Virus record (IMG/VR): IMGVR_UViG_2061766007_000736
Strand: one strand, 5' to 3'
Source of the DNA: an uncultured virus (IMG/VR IMGVR_UViG_2061766007_000736)
Lineage: Duplodnaviria; Heunggongvirae; Uroviricota; Caudoviricetes
Length of the DNA stretch: 20,000 nucleotides
The position numbers and the translations under genes are program-made. The notes under the pieces are model-generated. The model did not search any database. It was not told the DNA's origin and saw only the letters and a program-made list of their open reading frames with translations. Below, in pieces: positions 9,754 to 18,142 of this stretch (position 1 is its first letter; each line of letters starts with the position of its first letter).

Positions 9754-10740
9754 ATGAAAACAAATGCAAATTTTATTAATACAGAAAAGATTGAAGGATA
9801 TGTTTATAGCACAGGCAGTAATTTTAATCAGCTTTCTGAAAGAGTTTCTGGAGCGAATTCTAAAAATCCAGGTACGCCATATATCGCGGGAGACCTTGAT
9901 ATTGCCGTAGATGAAGCAGGTTTAAATGTAATTACCGTTCATTACACTTATGTAACAAAAACCTATAAAAATGGACAGGTTAATAACACTTATGTTGCTC
10001 TGAAAAGAATTATTGATAATCCCGATAAGACTTGGTTAAATGGTGGAAAAGAAAATGCGTTTAAGGTTCAGTGCACCGGAGTTTCTATTGCTCTTAACGA
10101 TTTCATCGCTGGTGATGGTTCCAAGGTTGCAGCAATTAGAAATGAAAACGGATTTTGTTCTATTGTGAATGAACTCGGTCCTGAAGAAAAAAGAAATACC
10201 TTTACAGCAGATATGTTAATTACAAGAGTAACTCATATTGATGCAGACGCAAATAAAAATAATACAAAAGATTTTACTGCTGTTGGTGGTATTATCTTTG
10301 GATATGGTCCAATTATTCTTCCTATTGCCTTCGTTGTTCATAACGAAATGGGAATGAATTATTTTGAAAATCTTGATATTACCCCTTCAAATCCTATTTT
10401 TACAAAAGTTTGGGGACGTATTAATTGCATGACTGTTAAGACTGAGAGAGTTGAAGAATCTGCTTTTGGTGAAGCTGCAGTTCAGACTTATGAGAGAAAG
10501 AGTCGTGAATATGTTATTACTGGAACAGCAAAAGTTCCTTATGATTTTGGTGACGAACAGGTTCTTACACTTGCGGATGTTAATAAGATGAGTCAGGATC
10601 GTCAGACTATGTTAGCAGAAATTGAGAAAAGATATAACGAACGTCAGGCTAATAAAGCTGATGGAGTTAATTTTGATGTGGCTGGCGTAACTAAGCCCGC
10701 TCAGCAGGCGCCGGTTTCTATCGGAGATTTTAAATTTTAA
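9754..10740 (+). CDS. Putative single-stranded DNA-binding protein
   Basis: GAGGAG SD then ATG at 9754. Beta-rich body, flexible tail ending GDFKF (SSB-like), strong promoter, and position directly before an AAA_24/Sak4-like ATPase. Function is inferred. Confidence 0.6.
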   Translation: MKTNANFINTEKIEGYVYSTGSNFNQLSERVSGANSKNPGTPYIAGDLDIAVDEAGLNVITVHYTYVTKTYKNGQVNNTYVALKRIIDNPDKTWLNGGKENAFKVQCTGVSIALNDFIAGDGSKVAAIRNENGFCSIVNELGPEEKRNTFTADMLITRVTHIDADANKNNTKDFTAVGGIIFGYGPIILPIAFVVHNEMGMNYFENLDITPSNPIFTKVWGRINCMTVKTERVEESAFGEAAVQTYERKSREYVITGTAKVPYDFGDEQVLTLADVNKMSQDRQTMLAEIEKRYNERQANKADGVNFDVAGVTKPAQQAPVSIGDFKF

Positions 10741-10743
10741 TAA

Positions 10744-10767
10744 AAAGGGGATTTAATCCCCTTTCTT
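10744..10767 (+). terminator. Rho-independent terminator or stem-loop after the SSB-like gene
   Basis: AAAGGGGAT-TTA-ATCCCCTTT followed by CTT. Confidence 0.65.
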
Positions 10768-10785
10768 ATTATAGAAAGGATAATT

Positions 10786-12840
10786 ATGGCAAATATTGAT
10801 ATTCTTAGTATTTAGCCTCATCAAGTCAGTAGAGATTTAAGAGGATATTCTATCTTTTTCTATGGTGAGAGAGTTTAATGGTTGGCTCACCCTATATAGT
10901 AATATATAGTAAAAAATTCTTAGAAAAATAGGGGACGGCTGAGATGCTTGCCCTAGCGGAAGTTATTAAGTAATATTAATAACACGCACAACGCATTGGT
11001 ATGAAACTAATTTTAAGGGAGATTGCTCAAAAATGAACAACCAAGAAATAATAAAGGCTTATGAAGATGGCGCTTCTTTAGCTTCATTAAGCAGACAAAC
11101 AGGTTTATCTACTTATAAAATTAAAAAAATATTACAAAATAATTCAGTTAAAATTAGAACTCGTTTTGAACAGACTATTTTTACAAATATGTCAAGAGGA
11201 AAACAGATTAATCATAATTATTTTGATGAATTAAATAATGAAAAAGTATACTATTTAGGTTTTCTTGCGGCAGATGGATGCGTAAGACCAAATAGAAATG
11301 AAATTAAAATAGGATTATCTGCAATAGACCGAGAATGGCTTGAAGAATTTAAATTAAAATTAAATTCAGAACGAGAAATCGAAGACTATATTACTGGTAA
11401 AGGATTTGCTGTTAGTGAATTAAAATTTTCATCATTAAAAATAAAAACTGAATTAGCTAAATACAGTATTATTCCTAATAAAACTTATTTAGGAATTACA
11501 ATGAAAGCTATTCCAGATAAATATAAATTAGCTTTTATTAAAGGATATTTTGATGGTGATGGTTGTTTTGTTTTTAATAAAAACACAAAACAGTGTTCTT
11601 NNNNNNNNNNNNNATTTTAGAAGAAATATCTTATTTTTTTAGAGCTGGTAATATTTATTCACATGGGAAAAATTTTGAATTAGATTTTTCAACTAACCCA
11701 ACATTAAAAATAATGGAATTATTTTATAATTTANNNNNNNNNNNNNNNNNNNNNNNNNNNNNNNNNNNNNNNNNNNNNNNNNNNNNNNNGGACGCCTCAA
11801 AAGAGGATGAAAGTTTATGCTGAACTTATACGAATATGAAGTATAAGAATTATAAGATAAAAAACTTATAAGATAACAAAATGCCAAAAAGCGGTAAAAC
11901 AACAACTGCTTCAAAATTTTAGAATAATTTGCTTCTGGCTTTTGAAAAAGGTTACAATGCTATTCCAGGGGTTATGGCTCAACCCATTAATAACTGGGCT
12001 GAATTTAGAAAAGTTCTTAGACAATTAAAAGACCCAAAGGCAAAAGAAAGATTTTATACTATTACAATAGACACATGTGATATTGCATATGATTATTGCA
12101 CAAAATACATTTGTGATAATGCTCTTCGTCCAGATGGCGGATATGGCGTAGATAGTATAAGTGACATCCCATATGGTAAGGGTTATGGTCAAGTTTCAAA
12201 AGAATTTGATGAATGTTTAAGGTCTATCGTCATGATGGATTATGGACTTATTCTTATTTCGCACGCAACTGATAAAGTTTTTAAAGACGAATCAGGTGCA
12301 GAATATAATAAAATTGTACCAACTCTTGATAAAAGAGCTAATAATGTTGTAGCTAGAATGGCAGATATAATTGGTTATTCAAGAATTGTTACCGATAAAG
12401 AGGGACATACTTCAACTAAATTATTTATGCGTGGGACTCCACGATATGAAGCAGGTTCAAGATTTAAATATACACCAGATTATATTGATTTTTCTTATGA
12501 TAATTTAGTAAATGCTATTGGAGATGCTATTGATAAACAAGCTAGAGAAGATGGCAAAGATTACTTTACCGATAAGAGAAATAATCTTTATAAAGACACG
12601 ACTGAAGATCTTAATTTCGATGAACTTATGCGGAATTGTAACGATTTGATTCAGTCTATGATTAGTAATAATTCTGATGAAGTCTTTGTTCAATATTATC
12701 AACCTCGTATTATTCAGATTACTGATAAGTACCTGGGTCGAGGTCAAAAGATGAGCCAATGCTCAAGAGAACAAGTTGAAGCTCTATCTTTAATTCTCGA
12801 CGATCTTCTCTTACTTTCCAAAGAGGCGCCATCAGAATAA
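10786..12840 (+). CDS. AAA_24/Sak4-like P-loop ATPase, join(10786..10869,11884..12840), 346 aa after splicing
   Basis: Exon 1 MANIDILSI*PHQVSRDLRGYSIFFYGE plus exon 2 PKSGKTTTASKF*NNLLLAFEKG restores Walker A GEPKSGKT. Walker B TITIDT, LISH, AGSRF. TAGs at 10813 and 11920. SD AAAGGA. Confidence 0.88.
10870..11883 (+). ncRNA. Group I-like self-splicing intron with an internal LAGLIDADG ORF
   Basis: IGS TTGGCTCACC (10882-10891) is complementary to the ligated exons GGTGAG|CCAA. P2 CTATATA-GTAA-TATATAG; P4 TAGGG/CCCTA; P6a GTTATTAA/TTAATAAC; P7 GCAT (10993-10996)/ATGC (11817-11820); hairpins CCTC/GAGG, CTTATAC/GTATAAG, TTATAAG/CTTATAA; terminal G at 11883. Confidence 0.85.
11033..11823 (+). CDS. 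Intron-encoded double-motif LAGLIDADG homing endonuclease with N-terminal HTH (3' end uncertain, two N gaps)
   Basis: YEDGASLASLSRQTGLSTYKIKKIL (HTH), YYLGFLAADGCV and AFIKGYFDGDGCF motifs. The frame continues after the gap as ILEEISYFF... Confidence 0.88.
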
Positions 12841-12850
12841 TTATATATTA

Positions 12851-12897
12851 AAGACTTGTCAAAGGATTTGCCACTTTGACAAGTCTTATTTTTTTTT
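12851..12897 (+). terminator. Rho-independent terminator
   Basis: Perfect 14-bp stem AAGACTTGTCAAAG / CTTTGACAAGTCTT followed by A and T9. Confidence 0.85.
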
Positions 12898-12904
12898 ATA
12901 TAAT
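12876..12904 (+). promoter_or_regulatory. Consensus sigmaA promoter for the helicase operon, embedded in the terminator
   Basis: TTGACA (12876-12881), 17 nt, TATAAT (12899-12904). Confidence 0.8.
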
Positions 12905-12937
12905 TTAATAAGAAGAAAAATTTTAAAGGAGATTATA

Positions 12938-13453
12938 ATGGCTCATAAAGTTATTTGTTTTTATTGTAAAAAACAATTTGATAGAGATAAAGAACCAACG
13001 AAACAAGTCTCCGCGCGTAGATATGCTCATATGAAATGTTGGGAAGAACATGAAGCCAACATGACTCAAGAGGAAAGAGATATGAGAGCCTTTTATGAAT
13101 ATACACAAAAATTATTCGGAGAAGATTATAATTATATCTTAACTAAAAAACTAGCAGAAAGATATGTAAAAGAAAATCATTATACATATACTGGAATGTT
13201 AAAAACTTTAAAATGGTATTATGAGAAAGAAGGCAACTCGATAGAGAAAAGTAATGGCAGTATAGGAATTATTCCATATATATATAAACAAGCCTTAAAT
13301 TATTACTATTCTTTGTATTTAGCACAACAGATAAATGAAGAAAAAGATATTTCAGATTTTATAATATCAAAAGAAAGAGAAATAAGTATTCAATCACCGA
13401 GAGTATATGTGCGGCCGCCGCATATGTGGTTAGAAGAAGAGGAGGATGAATGA
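12938..13453 (+). CDS. Hypothetical Zn-binding protein coupled to the helicase (possible loader or initiator)
   Basis: CFYC...HMKC motif, AAGGAG SD, ATGA overlap with the helicase start. Confidence 0.75.
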   Translation: MAHKVICFYCKKQFDRDKEPTKQVSARRYAHMKCWEEHEANMTQEERDMRAFYEYTQKLFGEDYNYILTKKLAERYVKENHYTYTGMLKTLKWYYEKEGNSIEKSNGSIGIIPYIYKQALNYYYSLYLAQQINEEKDISDFIISKEREISIQSPRVYVRPPHMWLEEEEDE

Positions 13454-14994
13454 GTTCAAAATATGTAGATATATCTGCGAATATGCAAGTGATTGGTGAC
13501 GTTTTTATAAACCCTTCTCTATTGGATTTAGAAGATAAATATAAATTTAATGAGCAGGATTTTCCGCAAGAGTTTCATAAGATTTTATTTGGTTCAATTT
13601 ATAATCTTCATCAACTTGGAATGAAACAGATTTCTATTGAAGATATTGAAAAATATTTAGAGCAAAGACCAAAAAAATATGCCGTTTATAAAGTTAATAA
13701 AGGCTCTGAATATTTAGAGAATATAAAAGAAATGTGCCAATTAGCAGCATTTGATTATTATTACAGTCGAATGAAGAAAATGACACTTTTAAGAATGTAT
13801 AATCAAAATGTAGGAATGGATTTATCTTGGCTTTATGACCCTGATAATATATTAGATATAAAGCGAAAAGAAGCTCAAGAAACCTGGTTTGATAATACTT
13901 CGATTAACGAAATAGCTAATACTATTAATGATAAGATAGATGAAATTAAAGCAAAATATGTTGATAATTCAGAAGATGGGGTTATCCAAGCTGGAGATGG
14001 TGCGGCTGCGCTGTTAGAAAGATTACGAACAAATCCTGAAATTGGTTATCCTCTATATGGGAGATTAGTTAACACAATTCATAGAGGAGCCAGATTAAAA
14101 AAGTTTTATTTGCGGTCTGCAGCCACAGGTGTCGGAAAGACGCGTTCTATGATTGCAGATGCCTGTCATATTGCTTGTAATAAAATTTATAATCTTGAAA
14201 CCCAACAATGGGAAAATAATGGAACTCGTGAACCTACTCAATTTATTACAACAGAGCAAGAAGAAGATGAAATTCAAACTATGATGATGGCTTTCTTGTC
14301 CGGTGTTAATGAAGACCACATCCTTGAAAATACATATGTCGGAGATGAATGGGAACGAGTAAATGAGGCTGCCGCAATTCTTTCAAAAAGTCCTTTATAT
14401 ATTAAAAAACTTCCAGATTTTTCATTACAAGATATTGAGAATACAATAAAATTTGGTATTCGTCAATATGGTGTGAGATATGTCTTTATGGATTATATCC
14501 ATTCTAGTATGAAAATTCTTAGTGAAATTAGTTCAAAAGCTGGAGTAAAAGGGCTAAGAGAAGATAACATTCTTTTTATGATTAGTGTAAGAATCAAAGA
14601 TTTATGCAATCAGTATGGTGTATTTGTAATGTCAGCTACGCAGTTAAATGCAGATTATGTATCAGCTCAACAGTATGACCAAAACCTATTGCGTGGCGCA
14701 AAAGCTATTGCAGATAAAATTGACTGTGGTATGATTATGTTACAGACCAGTCAAGATGATAAAGAAGCATTAAAAGCTATTATTGATTCAATGGGCATTG
14801 AAATGCCTGATATAAAAATCTCTGTTTATAAGAATAGGCGCGGCCGCTATAAAGATATACTACTCTGGTGTAAATCTGACAGAGGTACTTGTCGTTTTCA
14901 TCCTATTTTTGTAACTAATTATAATTATGAATTATTAAGTATTGAAGATTTAAAAATTAAAGTAACACCTAGAATTGAAAGTAGTGCTTTTTGA
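13450..14994 (+). CDS. dnaB: DnaB-like replicative helicase
   Basis: Walker A SAATGVGKT, ITTE, VFMDYI, ATQLN, LRGAKAIADKID, KNRRG. Confidence 0.92.
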   Translation: MSSKYVDISANMQVIGDVFINPSLLDLEDKYKFNEQDFPQEFHKILFGSIYNLHQLGMKQISIEDIEKYLEQRPKKYAVYKVNKGSEYLENIKEMCQLAAFDYYYSRMKKMTLLRMYNQNVGMDLSWLYDPDNILDIKRKEAQETWFDNTSINEIANTINDKIDEIKAKYVDNSEDGVIQAGDGAAALLERLRTNPEIGYPLYGRLVNTIHRGARLKKFYLRSAATGVGKTRSMIADACHIACNKIYNLETQQWENNGTREPTQFITTEQEEDEIQTMMMAFLSGVNEDHILENTYVGDEWERVNEAAAILSKSPLYIKKLPDFSLQDIENTIKFGIRQYGVRYVFMDYIHSSMKILSEISSKAGVKGLREDNILFMISVRIKDLCNQYGVFVMSATQLNADYVSAQQYDQNLLRGAKAIADKIDCGMIMLQTSQDDKEALKAIIDSMGIEMPDIKISVYKNRRGRYKDILLWCKSDRGTCRFHPIFVTNYNYELLSIEDLKIKVTPRIESSAF

Positions 14995-15005
14995 GGTATT
15001 TTAGT

Positions 15006-15680
15006 ATGGGAGCTTTATTAAAATTATAGGGAGAGAGATTTGGACGATTAACTGTTTTATTTCGTAGTCCAAATAAAGGACATAGAACAGTTTGGCATTG
15101 TAAATGTGATTGTGGGAATGAAGTTGACGTACTTACAGATCATTTACGAAGTGGTCATACTCAGAGTTGCGGTTGTTTGCAGAAAGAAAGGATTTCAAAA
15201 GCTAGAAGTTCTGATTTATTAAATTAGCGATTTGGAAAATTAAAAGTAATTGAAAAAACAAATGAAAGATTAAATGGATTTATTCTATGGAAATGTCAAT
15301 GTGACTGTGGCAATATTATAAAGGTTAGAACTCCAGACTTAACTTCAAAACATACTCAAAGTTGTGGATGTGTCTTATCAAAAGGAGAATAGAAAATTAG
15401 TCAATTATTACGAGAAAATAATATATTATTTGAAACACAAAAAAGTTTTAAAGATTGTCGATTTTCAGATAGTAATTATATGGCTTATTTTGACTTCTAT
15501 TTACCAAAATATAATTGTTTAATTGAATATGATGGGAGTCAACATTTTAAATATAGAGATAGTGGTTGGAATACAAAATAGAATTTTTTAAAAACAAAAA
15601 AACACGATCTTTAGAAAAATAAATATTGTTGGAATAATAATTTAAATCTTATTCGAATACCATATACTTATTTTGATAAT
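15006..15680 (+). CDS. Free-standing putative homing endonuclease (2x CxCDCG...SCGC + EYDGxQH; 5 in-frame TAGs; end in gap)
   Basis: GAGG SD, ATG at 15006. WHCKCDCGN..TQSCGC, WKCQCDCGN..TQSCGC, SKGE*KI, FDFYL, IEYDGSQH, LIRIPY. TAGs at 15027, 15225, 15390, 15579, 15612. Absent from the ORF track. Confidence 0.87.
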
Positions 15681-15723
15681 NNNNNNNNNNNNNNNNNNNN
15701 NNNNNNNNNNNNNNNNNNNNNNT

Positions 15724-15876
15724 ATGATTGAAGTCATAACCACTTGTCAAGGTAATCCAAAAGTTAAATATAAAGGATATAATTTTTTTAAAGCTATATA
15801 TATTTGGATAAGAGAGTGGTATATATATCATAAATATCATACAATGAATTTTTGTTTAAAATTTAAAATAAGATAA
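15724..15876 (+). CDS. Small hypothetical protein (50 aa)
   Basis: MIEVITTCQGNPKVKYKG...; fills the space before the next SD. Confidence 0.55.
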   Translation: MIEVITTCQGNPKVKYKGYNFFKAIYIWIREWYIYHKYHTMNFCLKFKIR

Positions 15877-15891
15877 TAGAGAGGAAAAATA

Positions 15892-16295
15892 ATGATTATT
15901 TGTGGTTTCCCTGGGGTTGGAAAATCTACCTTAGCAAAATTTTCTAATTGGGTAGATTTAGAAAGTACCCCATTTGAGAAAAATTGGGTTTGTTATGCGA
16001 AAGTGGCAAAACACATGAGCGATAATGGATATAATGTTATGGTGTCTACTCATCCTTAGCTATTAGAACAATTTGAACAAATGGAAGTAAAATATACTGT
16101 TGTAGTACCTTATTTTACTGATGTTTCTATCTATAAAGATAGATATATTAAAAGAGGAGATAATATTGATTTTACTACTTTAATTGAAATAAATTGGGAT
16201 AAATGGATTGGAGATATTATAACAAAACCTTCAGTTAATAAAACTGTTGTAATATTACCAAGAGATGGCTGTTTACAAGCCTATATTGAAAAATA
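15892..16295 (+). CDS. Small P-loop NTPase/kinase (one in-frame TAG; end in gap)
   Basis: GAGG SD. MIICGFPGVGKSTLA Walker A. The frame reads through TAG 16057 into the tracked ORF at 16081. Confidence 0.8.
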
Positions 16296-16312
16296 NNNNN
16301 NNNNNNNNNNNA

Positions 16313-16438
16313 TGGAGCTGGCTAGGTTTTGTAATATGGTGCGGAAATTGGAGAAAAGCTGAAGAAACTTGTCAAAAAATTGATACAATCGCAAAAGAAC
16401 ATCCAATTATAAATTTTATTGCCATGATACTGTCTTAA
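16313..16438 (+). CDS. C-terminal part of a small, possibly membrane-associated hypothetical protein
   Basis: WSWLGFVIWCGNWRKAEETCQKIDTIAKEHPIINFIAMILS-TAA, directly before the next SD; start lies in the gap. Confidence 0.45.
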   Translation, partial: WSWLGFVIWCGNWRKAEETCQKIDTIAKEHPIINFIAMILS

Positions 16439-16448
16439 AAGGAAGATT

Positions 16449-16658
16449 ATGAATATCAATAAAGAAAATTTTATTAAAGATTATAGACAACTATGTCAAA
16501 AATATAATGTAATGTTAGAACCAGATATTATGGCNNNNNNNNNNNNNNNNNNNNNNNNNNNNNNNNNNNNNNNNNNNNNNNAAGAAACACGTCATATTGA
16601 AGAAGAAGTAGAAAAACAAATGCTATCTTTAAAATATTTAAAAATAGTAAACTTATAA
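16449..16658 (+). CDS. Small hypothetical protein (spans an N gap)
   Basis: AAGGA SD, ATG; ends TAA just before the primase. Confidence 0.5.
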   Translation: MNINKENFIKDYRQLCQKYNVMLEPDIMXXXXXXXXXXXXXXXXXETRHIEEEVEKQMLSLKYLKIVNL

Positions 16659-16663
16659 AGAAA

Positions 16664-17634
16664 ATGTATAAATACGATAAAGACACCTTAAAAGAAAATC
16701 TATCAATAGAAGAGGTATTTGATTTAGTAAGTGAATTAGGCGGTGAGCCTACTATGGGGAATGGTATGTTCACCGCCCGTACCATCTGTCACGGTGGTGA
16801 TAGTCATAAACTTTATTATTATGAGAATACACATCTTTTTCATTGTTATACAGGATGCGGTGATGCCTCTTTCGACATCTATGATCTGGTCCTGAGAGTT
16901 AATAAGACAGCTGGTATTGAAAATTTTTCTCTTCCCCGCGCGATTCTTTTTGTAGCTAGATATTTTGGATATACCGCAGAAAATTTTGATTTTGAAGATA
17001 TTCAAGAAACAACAGAAGATTGGAAGATTATTCACAACTTCAAAAGAAATAAAGAAAAAACTCAATCACAAATTGTAGAATTAAAACTTTACAATAATAA
17101 AATATTAAAATATTTACCTCATCCGCGCATCATCCCCTGGGAGAAAGAGGGCATTTCCTTTGATGTTATGGAATCAAGAGGAATCTGTTATGACCCATTA
17201 AATGAAGCGGTTGTTATTCCGCACTATGATATAAATGGAAATCTTGTTGGAATCAGAGAGCGAACTTTAATTAAAGAAAATGAAATATATGGTAAATATC
17301 GTCCTGCGGTAATTAGTGGAAAGATGTATAATCATCCACTAGGATTTAATCTTTATAATCTTAACAATAGTAAAAGAGCCATCGCCGCCTTACAAAAAGC
17401 TATTGTATTTGAGGGTGAAAAAAGTTGTCTGAAATATGCTTCTTATTTTGGAAAAGATAATGATATTAGTGTGGCTTGTTGCGGCAGTAACTTAATTAAT
17501 TATCAAGTTAAATTACTCTTATCTCTTGGTGTTAAAGAAATCATAATTGCATTTGATAAACAGTTTCAAGAAATAGGAGATGATGAATGGCGGAAATGGG
17601 TTATTAAATTAAAAACTTTATATAATAAATATAA
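16664..17634 (+). CDS. dnaG: DnaG-like primase (Zn-binding + TOPRIM); end in gap
   Basis: ICH...HCYTGC Zn domain, VIPHYDINGNLVGIRER, LYNL, IVFEGEKS, IIIAFDKQ. The tracked 509 aa ORF wrongly merges downstream genes across gaps. Confidence 0.88.
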
Positions 17635-17896
17635 NNNNNNNNNNNNNNNNNNNNNNNNNNNNNNNNNNNNNNNNNNNNNNNNNNNNNNNNNNNNNNNNNN
17701 NNNNNNNNNNNNNNNNNNNNNNNNNNNNNNNNNNNNNNNNNNNNNNNNNNNNNNNNNNNNNNNNNNNNNNNNNNNNNNNNNNNNNNNNNNNNNNNNNNNN
17801 NNNNNNNNNNNNNNNNNNNNNNNNNNNNNNNNNNNNNNNNNNNNNNNNNNNNNNNNNNNNNNNNNNNNNNNNNNNNNNNNNNNNNNNNNNNNNNNT

Positions 17897-18118
17897 ACAA
17901 TTAATTTAAATGATTTAAAAAATGAAATTTCTTCATATCAAACGTCTAATAAAAAAGACCCTATTATATTAATGAATAAAGATACTTATAATTTTTTAAA
18001 AGACAAAGATGATACGTTAGATTTTATTTTTATACCAAATGAAGAAGAAATTGCTTTAATTTATAACTGTCGCCTAGCTATTGCCCCTTGGGTGCCATTT
18101 GGGGAGGCGTTAATACGA
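17897..18118 (+). CDS. Part of a small hypothetical protein between gaps
   Basis: Open frame TINLNDLKNEIS...APWVPFGEALIR, unrelated to primase motifs. Confidence 0.5.
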
Positions 18119-18142
18119 NNNNNNNNNNNNNNNNNNNNNNNN

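Noticed and set aside
10870..11883. Intein or group II intron in the ATPase
   Set aside because: Exon 1 frame hits TAA within three codons, there are no Cys/His-Asn intein ends, no GTGCG start or RT ORF, and the helices fit group I.
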